Origin: Casimicrobiaceae bacterium
GTDB taxonomy: Bacteria > Pseudomonadota > Gammaproteobacteria > Burkholderiales > Casimicrobiaceae
Direction: 5' to 3'
Assembly: GCA_044226535.1 (NCBI GenBank)
Contig: JBGAGT010000015.1
Coordinates: 43,552 to 107,551, forward strand
DNA length: 64,000 nucleotides
The notes beneath the pieces are model-generated. The model did no database searches, had not been told where the DNA came from, and was given only the letters and a program-made list of their open reading frames with translations. Of the stretch, positions 13,657 through 23,905 are shown piece after piece. The position numbers were made by a program, and so were the translations under genes. Each line of letters begins with the position of its first letter. Within the stretch, counting starts at the first letter, position 1.

Positions 13657-14541
13657 TCAGGCAAAGGACGCGAGCGGGTGGCGTTCGAGCGATCTCACCA
13701 CGCAGGCGCGCAACCGTCGCGATACGGCGGCGCCCGTTGCGCGTGCCTCGGCTTCCCTTGCGAACGCGGCGAACGCGCATGCTCCCGAGCCTGTCATACG
13801 TGCTGCGCCGCTTGAAGCCCGCAGCGCGTCGATCGCGGCGGCCACGGCCGGGACCCGCGCCCGCACCACGGGTTCGAGGTCATTCCGGCCATAACCTTCG
13901 GAAAAGACGTCTATTTTCGCCGACGCTCCGTTGCGTGTCAATTCGGGGGCCGCGAACATTTCAGCGGTCGAGACCTGGGCATCGGGCATCGCCACGACCA
14001 GCCAGGCGGGGGGTGCGGACACCGGCGTGAGCGCCTCGCCGATGCCACGCGCCAGCGCCGCGCCGCTGCCCCCGAGGAAGAACGGAAGGTCGGCGCCAAG
14101 GCCGACACCGATGCCCGCGAGCATGTCGCGCGGGCATCCCAGTTTCCACAGGCGGTTGAGCCCGAGCAGCACGGTGGCGGCGTCCGAGCTGCCGCCGCCC
14201 ATGCCCCCGCCGATAGGGATCCGCTTGTCGAGCGCGATGCGCACGCCCTTGCGGCAGCCCGTCGCGCGCTGCAGCGCCCGCGCGGCGCGCAGGGCGAGGT
14301 CGCTCGCCTCGGGCACGCCCGCAACCTCGCCGTCGCGCATCACCCGCCCGTCCGCGCGCAGCGTCAGCGTGACGGTGTCGGCGAGGTCGACCAGCAGCAT
14401 CAGCGATTCCAGCGTGTGGTAGCCGTCGGTGCGCCGCCCCGTCACGTGCAGGAAGGCGTTGACCTTGGCGGGCGCGGCGAGCGTCAGCACAGCCGCCCCG
14501 TGCGCGCGCTCAGCCGTGCCGTGGTCGCGTGCCGGCTTCAT
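13657..14541 (-). CDS. ispE: 4-diphosphocytidyl-2-C-methyl-D-erythritol kinase
   Basis: GHMP-kinase motifs: PAKVNAFLHVTGRRTDGYHTLESL and IPIGGGMGGGSSDAA. ATG 14541 overlaps the lolB stop (ATGA). Confidence 0.92.
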   Translation of the reverse strand: MKPARDHGTAERAHGAAVLTLAAPAKVNAFLHVTGRRTDGYHTLESLMLLVDLADTVTLTLRADGRVMRDGEVAGVPEASDLALRAARALQRATGCRKGVRIALDKRIPIGGGMGGGSSDAATVLLGLNRLWKLGCPRDMLAGIGVGLGADLPFFLGGSGAALARGIGEALTPVSAPPAWLVVAMPDAQVSTAEMFAAPELTRNGASAKIDVFSEGYGRNDLEPVVRARVPAVAAAIDALRASSGAARMTGSGACAFAAFAREAEARATGAAVSRRLRACVVRSLERHPLASFA

Positions 14542-15101
14542 TGCCAGGCGTCGACGACGACGCGGATGTCGACGTCAGGGTACGCGAGCGTCACGCGCGA
14601 GGGCAGCCGTGCGGCATCGTCGGGGTAGGCGTAGGCGAGTTGCCAGCCATCCTGGCGCAGGGCGATCGCGCGCCCCAGCGCGTCGCGCTCGACGTCGGCG
14701 GCGCGTCCGGCGACCGGCGCCGCGCGCAGCCAGGCGGCGAGCGCCTCGATGGGAATGTCGACGCCGAAGGCCTCGCGCACCAGCGCGCGGAAATCGGGCG
14801 CCTCGGCGCGCCTGCCGTCGGCCAGCGTCGCGCGCGCGCCGCCGGCGTCGCCCTCGAGCGTGGCCAGCGTCTGGCCGAGGGGGTTTGCGAGCTCGATGTG
14901 GTCCGCGGCGACGTCGTGGCGCCAGCGGAAGGCCGCGCTGAGCGCGGCGTCCCCGCGCTTCGCCGAAAGGCGTCCCGCCGCCTCGAACGACGCCGGCAAC
15001 GCGGCGACCTGCGGGGGCACGCCCGACGGCTGGAGGGTCTGGCAGCCCTGCAGCGCGAGCACGAGCAGCAAAGCCGCGAGCGGCGCAAGGCGGAAGCTCA
15101 C
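14538..15101 (-). CDS. lolB: outer-membrane lipoprotein LolB
   Basis: GTG 15101 overlaps the upstream stop (GTGA). Lipobox in VSFRLAPLAALLLVLALQGC. Size (187 aa) and position between the TPR gene and ispE are canonical. Confidence 0.8.
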   Translation of the reverse strand: MSFRLAPLAALLLVLALQGCQTLQPSGVPPQVAALPASFEAAGRLSAKRGDAALSAAFRWRHDVAADHIELANPLGQTLATLEGDAGGARATLADGRRAEAPDFRALVREAFGVDIPIEALAAWLRAAPVAGRAADVERDALGRAIALRQDGWQLAYAYPDDAARLPSRVTLAYPDVDIRVVVDAWQ

Positions 15102-16981
15102 GGCGCGAGGCGCCGCACGGTCTCCAGCAGAACGGGGTTGTCGGGGCTGGACTTCAGCTGCGCCTGCCAGATGTCCTGGGCACGCGCCTTCTCGCCCTTC
15201 GCCCACAGCACTTCGCCGAGGTGCGCCGCGATCTCGGGATCGGGGCGCCCCTCGAGCGCGCGCTGCAGGTAGGTGATGGAATCGTCGAGGCGCCCCAGCC
15301 GGAACAGCGCCCAGCCCATGCTGTCGAGGATGAAGGCGTCGTCGGGCGCGAGCTTCAGCGCGCGCTCGATCAGCCGGTAGCCCTCGTCGACGCGCGTCGA
15401 GCGGTCGACCAGCGAGTAGCCCAGCGCATTGAGCGCATGCGCGTCGTCGGGCTTGAGCTCCACCACGCGCTGCAGGTTCTTCTCGGAATCCTCGGCACGG
15501 CCGAGCTTCTCGGCGACCATCGCCGCGTCGTAGAGGAGCTCGGGCGAATCGGGATGCACGGCCAGCGCCTGCTGCAGCACCGCCCAGGCGCCCGCGTTGT
15601 CGTTGGCATCGCGCAGGACCTGCGCGCGCGTCTGGGCGAGCTCGACCTTGTGGTCGATGGTCGCGGCGTCGAGCCCGTCGAGGTACTTCTGCGCGCCCGC
15701 GAGGTCGCCCTTCCTGGCCATCACCACGCCGATGCGCAGCTCGGCCACCCAGCCGCGCTCGCCCGCGGGCACCTCGCGGTAGCGCGCGATCGCCTCGTCG
15801 TAGCGCTTCTGCTCCTCGGCGATCTGCGCGAGGTAGAGCTCGGTGACGCCGGCCTCGCCGTAGTGCGCCGCCTTGAGCTCGGTGAAGATCTTCTCGGCGC
15901 GGTCCCAGTCCTTCATCTGGAAGGACAGGGCGCCGATGCCGAAGCGGTACTCGAGCGCGCCGGGATTGGCCGCGGCGAGCTGCTCGAAGATCGTGCGCGC
16001 ATCGCCGGGCCGCCGGTCCTCGACATAGAGCTGCGCCAGCGCGCCCCAGGCCGGCTTCGCGCCGGGGTGCGCGCGCGTGTACGACTCGAGCCAGGCGATG
16101 GCCGATGCGCGCGACGCGTTCGACAGGATCTCGCTCTTGAGCAGCGCCGCGCGGTCCCAGTCGGGACGCGCGGCCAGCGCGCGCTCGATCGCCTCGCGCG
16201 CGGTCGCCGTCATCGAGTCGGAGGCGAGGCCCGTGTCGAGCGCGGCGAGCGCCAGCGCGAACTGCGCCTCGGGCACGTCGGGATAGGGCGCGGCGAGCGA
16301 CTGCACGACGCGGAACGTCGTGAGCTTGTCGGTGTGCTGCGTGAGCTCGCGGTTGAGCTGCAGGAAGATCTCGCCGGGGTTGGGCTTGCCGTCTGCCTTC
16401 GCGCGCGCCATGGTCTGCGCGATGATCGAGCGCAGGCGGTCGGTGACGTCGTCGGGGCCGATCTCGGCGCCGCCGGGCATGGCGCCGCTCGCGAGCTGGG
16501 CGAGGATCTGCGCCGGCCGCGTGGCCGAGGGCTCGAGCTTCTGCCACAGGTTGGCCGCGGCCTCGGCGACGTCGCGCGATCGCGCGCGCAGCGCGATCTC
16601 GGCGGCACGCGCGGCGAGGTCCGCGTCCTGCGCGTCCTTCGCCGCCTCGTAGAACGCGCGCGCGGCAAGCTGCGGCTCGCCGCGCTGGAGCGCGACGTTG
16701 CCGAGCAGGATCTTGTAGAAGAGCTCCGCCGACATGCCGTCGGCGCCGGGCCAGGGCTGCACCTCGCGCGACCCGGGCTTGACCGCGCCCTTCGCGGGGA
16801 TGTCGGGGGGTGTCGTGGCACCGGGGACCGCGGGCGCCGGCACGGCGGGCGGGACGTCGGCGGGCGAGGGCGTCGTCGCCGGGCCCGCTTGCGCGCAGGC
16901 GAGGCCCGTGGCGAGCCATGCCAGCGCGCTGACCAGGGCGGCGGTCCATCGTTTCGGGTTCGGGTTCGTGAAGTCGGGCAT
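15098..16981 (-). CDS. tetratricopeptide-repeat protein with N-terminal signal sequence
   Basis: Start at ATG 16981 (MPDFTNPNPKRWTAALVSALAWLATGLACAQA). Pro-rich linker followed by many TPR-like helical pairs. Conserved neighbour of lolB. Confidence 0.8.
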   Translation of the reverse strand: MPDFTNPNPKRWTAALVSALAWLATGLACAQAGPATTPSPADVPPAVPAPAVPGATTPPDIPAKGAVKPGSREVQPWPGADGMSAELFYKILLGNVALQRGEPQLAARAFYEAAKDAQDADLAARAAEIALRARSRDVAEAAANLWQKLEPSATRPAQILAQLASGAMPGGAEIGPDDVTDRLRSIIAQTMARAKADGKPNPGEIFLQLNRELTQHTDKLTTFRVVQSLAAPYPDVPEAQFALALAALDTGLASDSMTATAREAIERALAARPDWDRAALLKSEILSNASRASAIAWLESYTRAHPGAKPAWGALAQLYVEDRRPGDARTIFEQLAAANPGALEYRFGIGALSFQMKDWDRAEKIFTELKAAHYGEAGVTELYLAQIAEEQKRYDEAIARYREVPAGERGWVAELRIGVVMARKGDLAGAQKYLDGLDAATIDHKVELAQTRAQVLRDANDNAGAWAVLQQALAVHPDSPELLYDAAMVAEKLGRAEDSEKNLQRVVELKPDDAHALNALGYSLVDRSTRVDEGYRLIERALKLAPDDAFILDSMGWALFRLGRLDDSITYLQRALEGRPDPEIAAHLGEVLWAKGEKARAQDIWQAQLKSSPDNPVLLETVRRLAP

Positions 16982-17081
16982 CGGGGAGTGGGTCGTGGAC
17001 TGCGGCACAATCGGGAACTCCTCGCTCGCAGCCGCGGCGGCCGGCGCGGGGAAGCGCGCCGCCTTTCGCACCGATTCTGCC

Positions 17082-17891
17082 ATGCCCGAACTACCGGAAG
17101 TCGAGACCACGCGGCGCAGCCTCGCGCCGCGTGTGGTCGGCAGGACCATCGAGGGTGTCACCGTGTACGACTCGCGCTTGCGCTGGCCGGTTCCGCCCGG
17201 CTTCGCCCGCGAGCTCGCAGGGCTTCGCGTCCTGGCGCTGGAGCGGCGCAGCAAGTACCTGGTGTTCCGACTGTCGCGGGGAACGATGCTGGTGCACTTC
17301 GGCATGACGGGCAGCCTGCAGGCGCACGACCGGCCGCCGGCGCGGCGTCCGCACGACCACGTCGACTGGCGCCTGTCGGGGGCCGTGACCCTGCGCTACC
17401 ACGACCCTCGCCGCTTCGGCGCCGCGCTGTACACGACAGAAGACTCCCACCCGCTGCTCGACAGCCTGGGGGTCGAGCCCCTGGACGACGGCTTCGACGG
17501 CGATGTCCTGTGGCGCTCCGCGCGTGGTCGCGACCTCGCCGTCAAGTCGCTGCTGATGGACAACCACATCGTCGTCGGCGTGGGGAACATCTATGCCAGT
17601 GAGGCGCTGTTCCGGGCGGGGATCCGCCCCTCGACGCCTTCGCGGCGGGTATCCCGGCTGCGCATGGCGGGACTCGCCCGGTCGGTGCGCGAGGTGCTCG
17701 CCGAGGCGATCGCCAGTGGGGGCTCGACCCTGCGCGACTACGTCGATGCGGCGGGGGCGGCCGGACGCTTTCAGTTTACCCATGCCGTTTATGGGCGGGA
17801 AGGCGAGCCCTGCCGGGCCTGCGGAACCGAAGTGCGCGCTCACTACATCGGGCAGCGGAACACCTTCTGGTGCCCACGCTGCCAGCGCTGA
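17082..17891 (+). CDS. mutM: formamidopyrimidine-DNA glycosylase
   Basis: MPELPEVETTRR N-terminus (catalytic Pro2/Glu3), H2TH region, and C-terminal zinc finger CRACGTEVRAHYIGQRNTFWCPRCQ. Confidence 0.95.
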   Translation: MPELPEVETTRRSLAPRVVGRTIEGVTVYDSRLRWPVPPGFARELAGLRVLALERRSKYLVFRLSRGTMLVHFGMTGSLQAHDRPPARRPHDHVDWRLSGAVTLRYHDPRRFGAALYTTEDSHPLLDSLGVEPLDDGFDGDVLWRSARGRDLAVKSLLMDNHIVVGVGNIYASEALFRAGIRPSTPSRRVSRLRMAGLARSVREVLAEAIASGGSTLRDYVDAAGAAGRFQFTHAVYGREGEPCRACGTEVRAHYIGQRNTFWCPRCQR

Positions 17892-18015
17892 GCAGGGCAC
17901 GCAGCGGAATCCGGGGCGGCCGCCCTGCCGTCCGTCCGCGCACCTCGCGACGCGGCATGCCTTGTGCTTGACAGCTCCGGCGGGGAGGCCGTCACCACCG
18001 ATGCAGGCGATCCGG

Positions 18016-18027
18016 TGGTGTACACCA
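18016..18027. promoter_or_regulatory. perfect 12-bp palindrome TGGTGTACACCA 47 nt upstream of the dynamin-like gene (possible operator)
   Basis: Read directly. It is self-complementary and lies in the 182-nt mutM/dynamin-like spacer. Confidence 0.35.
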
Positions 18028-18073
18028 TCAGAGGAACAGCCCCGCCACCGCAAGAACGGGACGGGGTACGACC

Positions 18074-20041
18074 ATGGTGCAATCCAGGGACCTGGCAGTT
18101 CGCTTCGAGGCCTACGCGGAGTGGCGGCGGCAACTCTCGGCCGCGATCTCCTCGCTGCACGACTGGCTGGCCGAGCAGGAGCTCGCCGACGCGCAGGTCG
18201 ACCTGAAGGTCCAGCGCCTGCTCGAGCGCCTGCACCAGGACAAGCTGGTCGTGGCCTTCGTGGCCGAGTTCTCGCGCGGCAAGTCCGAGCTCATCAACGC
18301 GATGTTCTTCGCGGAGTTCGGCCAGCGATTGCTGCCCTCCTCGGCGGGCCGCACCACCATGTGCCCGACCGAGCTGCTCTACGACCCGGGCCGCCCGCCG
18401 TCGATCCGCCTCCTGCCCATCGAGACGCGCCTTCGCGACGCGACGGTCGCCGAGTTCAAGAACTACGCCGACGAATGGCTCACGGTGCCGCTCGACCTCG
18501 CCTCGGCCGAGCGCATGAGCGAGGCGCTGTCGCGCGTGTCGCAGGTCAAGACCGTGCCCGTCGAGCTCGCGCGCCAGTACGGCCTGTTCGACGACGGCGA
18601 CGACCTCATCGCCTCGTTCGAGCGCCGCGACGAGGGAACCATCGACATCCCCTGCTGGCGGCACGCGGTGATCAATTTCCCGCACCCGCTGCTGCAGCAG
18701 GGCCTCGTCATCCTCGACACGCCCGGCCTCAACGCCGTGGGCACCGAGCCCGAGCTCACGCTCTCGCACCTGCCCGCCGCGCACGCGCTCTTGTTCATCC
18801 TCGCCGCCGACGCCGGCGTCACCAAGACCGACCTCGAGGTCTGGAACGACTACCTGAAGGGCGACGACGCGTCGACGCGCGCCGGCCGCCTCGTCGTCCT
18901 GAACAAGATCGACACGCTGTGGGACGAGCTGAAGACGCGCGCCGAGGTCGACGCCGACATCGAGCGCCAGGTCCGCCACACGGCCGGCGTGCTCGACTTG
19001 CCGCAGGAGCAGGTCTACGCGGTCTCGGCGCAGAAGGGCCTCGTCGGCAAGGTCAACGGCGACGACCGCCTGCTCGCGCGGAGCCGCCTTCCCTCGCTCG
19101 AGCAGGCGCTCTCGACCAAGCTCATCCCCGCCAAGCGCGACATCGTCGGCGCGGCGACGCAAAGCGAGGTGCGCGAGCTCATCGGCAGCGTGCGCGCCAT
19201 CCTGCGCCAGCGCGCGGCGGGCATCGACGAGCAGCTCGCCGAGATGCGCCTCCTGCGAGGCAAGAACCAGGACGTGGTCGGGCACATGATGGACCGCGTC
19301 AAGGAGGAGAAGGAGCTCTTCGAGCGCGGGCTCGCGCGCTACACGGCGCTGCGCAACGTGTTCACCGAGCAGACCACCAAGCTCCTCGACTACATCGGGC
19401 TCGAGGCACTGAAGCTCAACGCGGGGCGCACGCGGCGCGCCATCGAGGGGTCGCTCTTCACGCGCGGCGTGCGCGGCGCGCTGAACGACTTCTTCGCCAA
19501 CATCCGCCAGGACCTCGACAACGCCTCCCAGCAGGCCGCCGAGATCCAGGAGCTGATGCGCGCCATGTACGCGCGCTTCGCCAAGGAGCACAACGTCGAG
19601 CTGTACGACCCGCCGGCGTTCTCGGTGCTCAAGTACCGCAAGGAAGTCGAGCGGCTGGAGCGCGCCTACAACACGCACTTCAACACGCTGTGGAACATGG
19701 CCAGCAAGGCCAAGTTCGCGCTGATGCGCCGCTTCTTCGAGACGGTCGCCACGCGCGTCAAGCACGTCTACGACATCGCCAACCGCGACGTCGAGGCCTG
19801 GCTCAAGGCGGTGATGGCGCCACTCGAGACGCAGGTGCGCGAGCACCACCTGCAGCTGAAGCGCCGCCTCGACAGCATCAAGCGCATCCATCGCGCCGGC
19901 GACGAGCTCGAGGAGCGCATCGCCGAGCTCGAGCAGCAGCGCGAGTCGCTCGCCCTGCAGATCCGGGGGCTCAAGGCCGAGATCGCCGCGATCGACGACG
20001 CGGTCGCGCAGCCCGACCTGCCGCTGGCCGCGAACGGCTGA
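18074..20041 (+). CDS. dynamin-family (bacterial dynamin-like) GTPase
   Basis: G1 AEFSRGKSELINAM (nt 18263-18286 region), G3 ILDTPGLNAVG, G4 VLNKID, and a long coiled-coil/stalk-like C-terminal half. 655 aa. Confidence 0.85.
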   Translation: MVQSRDLAVRFEAYAEWRRQLSAAISSLHDWLAEQELADAQVDLKVQRLLERLHQDKLVVAFVAEFSRGKSELINAMFFAEFGQRLLPSSAGRTTMCPTELLYDPGRPPSIRLLPIETRLRDATVAEFKNYADEWLTVPLDLASAERMSEALSRVSQVKTVPVELARQYGLFDDGDDLIASFERRDEGTIDIPCWRHAVINFPHPLLQQGLVILDTPGLNAVGTEPELTLSHLPAAHALLFILAADAGVTKTDLEVWNDYLKGDDASTRAGRLVVLNKIDTLWDELKTRAEVDADIERQVRHTAGVLDLPQEQVYAVSAQKGLVGKVNGDDRLLARSRLPSLEQALSTKLIPAKRDIVGAATQSEVRELIGSVRAILRQRAAGIDEQLAEMRLLRGKNQDVVGHMMDRVKEEKELFERGLARYTALRNVFTEQTTKLLDYIGLEALKLNAGRTRRAIEGSLFTRGVRGALNDFFANIRQDLDNASQQAAEIQELMRAMYARFAKEHNVELYDPPAFSVLKYRKEVERLERAYNTHFNTLWNMASKAKFALMRRFFETVATRVKHVYDIANRDVEAWLKAVMAPLETQVREHHLQLKRRLDSIKRIHRAGDELEERIAELEQQRESLALQIRGLKAEIAAIDDAVAQPDLPLAANG

Positions 20042-20128
20042 GCGAGGGCCGCAGCCGCCGGGCCGCGCGCGCGGCGGGGCAGGCGATGGTGCGGGCCGGG
20101 GGCCTGCAAGGTCCGGCAGGCGCGCAGG

Positions 20129-21602
<1,474 letters not shown>

Positions 21603-21619
<17 letters not shown>

Positions 21620-22565
21620 GTCTTCGTCCCCGTCGCCCGAGCCCGAGGCGCCCCGCAAGAGCTGGGCCGAGCGCCTCAAGGCCGGATTGTCCGCCTCGCG
21701 CGAAAAGCTCGCCGGCGCGATCACGCACGCCTTCCGGCGCCGGACGCTCGACGCCGAGGCGCTGGAGGAGCTCGAGACCGCCCTCCTGTCGGCCGACGTG
21801 GGCGTCGAGGCGACCGCCGCGCTGCTCGACGACCTGGCGGCGCGCTACAAGCGCGCCGGCGCCGAGGCCGATCCCCAGGCGCTGCTCAACGAGGCATTGG
21901 CCGAGATGGTGGCGCCGCTGGAGAAGCGCTTCGAGATCGGCGCGGCCCGCCCCTTCGTCATCATGCTGGCAGGCGTCAACGGTGCCGGCAAGACGACCTC
22001 GATCGGCAAGCTCGCCAAGTGGCTGCAGGGCCAGGGCCTGTCGGTGCTGCTTGCCGCTGGCGACACCTTCCGCGCCGCGGCGCGCGAGCAGCTCGCGGTC
22101 TGGGGCGAGCGCAACGGGGTGACGGTGATCGCGCAACAGGGCGGCGACCCGGCGGCGGTGATGTTCGACGCCGTCACCGCGGCACGCGCCCGCGGCATCG
22201 ACGTGGTGCTCGCCGACACCGCCGGGCGCCTGCCCACCCAGGCGCACCTGATGGACGAGCTGCGCAAGATCCGGCGCGTCCTGGGCAAGGCCGACCCCGG
22301 AGCACCGCACGCCGTGTTGCTGGTCGTCGACGCCAACACCGGCCAGAACGCGCTGGCGCAGGTGAAGGCCTTCGACGCCACCGTCGGCCTCACGGGGCTC
22401 GTCGTCACCAAGCTCGACGGCAGCGCCAAGGGCGGTGTGGTGGCCGCCATCGCGCGCCAGCACCCGGTGCCCCTGGCGTTCATCGGCGTCGGGGAGGGGG
22501 TCGACGACCTTCGGCCCTTCGCCGCCCAGGAGTTCGCCGACGCCCTGATCCCGCGCGCGGAATAG
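21603..22565 (+). CDS. ftsY: signal recognition particle receptor FtsY
   Basis: NG-domain motifs GVNGAGKTTSIGKLA, DTAGR, TKLDGSAKGG. Start placed at GTG 21603 (VFDFFKSS...); the ORF opens at 21552. Confidence 0.9.
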
Positions 22566-22810
22566 CGGTTCGTCCTCGCCAAACGCCGGTTCGTCGCAGC
22601 GCCGCGGCTTTCCAAGGGGCGCGAAGGGCGGCTCCGGACGATGCCGCCTCGCTGCCTCCTTGCCAAGGCTGCAACACACTGCAGCGCCCATGGCCGGCCA
22701 TGGTGAGAGTGTGTGCTCACATGTCGATTCGCCCGAACAAATGTCCGGCGTCCGGGTCGGACACTGGACAGGACAAACCCGAGTAAATCGCTCGGGAACT
22801 TACCCGGCGG

Positions 22811-22840
22811 TTAGCACTCTGAATACCCGAGTGCTAAAAT
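22811..22840 (+). promoter_or_regulatory. putative rpoH promoter (-35 TTAGCA 22811-16, 18-nt spacer, -10 TAAAAT 22835-40) embedded in a perfect 9-bp inverted repeat
   Basis: TTAGCACTC (22811-19), 9 nt, then GAGTGCTAA (22829-37), read directly. Located 57 nt upstream of the rpoH ATG. SD AAAGGAG at 22883-89. Confidence 0.4.
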
Positions 22841-22896
22841 GGGCACCAACCTTTGGGGATCGGCTGACGCCGCATCCCGCCTGAAAGGAGCTTCGG

Positions 22897-23760
22897 ATGA
22901 CTGGTAGCGCCGCCTTGGCCTTTCCCACCCCTGCTTCGCTCGGCAGCCTGGACAACTACATCCAGGCGGTGAACCGCTTCCCGCTGCTTTCCGCCGAGCA
23001 GGAAGCCGAGTACGGCCGCCGCTGGAAGGACCACGAGGACGTCGACGCCGCGCGCGCCATGGTGCTCTCGCACCTGCGCCTCGTCGTCGCCGTGTCGCGC
23101 AACTACGTGGGCTATGGCCTGCCGCAGGCCGACCTCATCCAGGAAGGCAACGTGGGCCTGATGAAGGCCGTGCGCCGCTTCGATCCCGACCGCGGCGTGC
23201 GCCTGGTCTCGTTCGCGCTGCACTGGATCCGCGCCGAGATGCACGAGTACATCCTGCGCAACTGGCGCATGGTCAAGGTCGCCACGACCAAGGCCCAGCG
23301 CAAGCTGTTCTTCAACCTGCGCAGCATGAAGAAGCGCCATGCCGCCCTGTCGAACGCCGAGGCCGACGAAATCGCGAAGACGCTCAACGTCAAGCGCGAG
23401 GACGTCCTCGAGATGGAAACGCGGATGACGGGCCATGACCTCACGCTCGACCCCGCGCCGACCGACGACGACGAGCACGCCTATTCGCCGATCGCCTACC
23501 TCACCGACGCCGACGACGAGCCGGCGAAGATCGTCGAAGCACGGCAGACGGCCGCGCGCCGCAGCGAAGGCCTCGGCAAGGCGCTGGCGAAGCTCGACGA
23601 CCGCTCGCGCCGAATCATCGAGGCGCGATGGCTGCGCGAGGAGAACCCGCTGACGCTGCAGCAGCTCGCCGACGAGTACGGCGTGTCGGCCGAGCGCATC
23701 CGCCAGATCGAAGCCAAGGCGATGAAGCAGATGAAGGGCGCGATGGCGGCCGCCGCGTGA
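22897..23760 (+). CDS. rpoH: RNA polymerase sigma-32 (heat-shock sigma factor)
   Basis: RpoH box QRKLFFNLRSMKK, regions 2 and 4 (DLIQEGNVGLMKAVRRFD; LQQLADEYGVSAERIRQIE), and position after ftsY. Confidence 0.93.
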   Translation: MTGSAALAFPTPASLGSLDNYIQAVNRFPLLSAEQEAEYGRRWKDHEDVDAARAMVLSHLRLVVAVSRNYVGYGLPQADLIQEGNVGLMKAVRRFDPDRGVRLVSFALHWIRAEMHEYILRNWRMVKVATTKAQRKLFFNLRSMKKRHAALSNAEADEIAKTLNVKREDVLEMETRMTGHDLTLDPAPTDDDEHAYSPIAYLTDADDEPAKIVEARQTAARRSEGLGKALAKLDDRSRRIIEARWLREENPLTLQQLADEYGVSAERIRQIEAKAMKQMKGAMAAAA

Positions 23761-23789
23761 CGCGACACCCACCGCCGCTGCAGGAACAC

Positions 23790-23819
23790 GACGCCGGCCC
23801 CGTGCCGGCGTCGCCGTTT
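23790..23819 (+). terminator. putative rpoH terminator hairpin
   Basis: GACGCCGGC (23790-98), loop CCCGT, GCCGGCGTC (23804-12), followed by GCCGTTTCC. Located 30 nt after the rpoH stop. Confidence 0.45.
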
Positions 23820-23823
23820 CCGG

Positions 23824-23876
23824 GGTTCCCGCTTGCGCGGGAGCCGGCCGTGGGTCCCCGCTTGCGCGGGGATGAC
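23824..23876 (+). repeat. two tandem REP-like palindromic elements (GGTTCCCGCTTGCGCGGGAGCC and GGGTCCCCGCTTGCGCGGGGATGAC)
   Basis: Each forms a CCCGC/GCGGG-type stem around a TTGC loop. The 25-mer at 23852-23876 is identical to the reverse complement of 39447-39471 and matches 40979-41003 at 24 of 25 positions. Lies between convergent rpoH and kup. Confidence 0.75.
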
Positions 23877-23905
23877 GGCGTCGTGCGCGCAGACGACGGC
23901 TCCGG

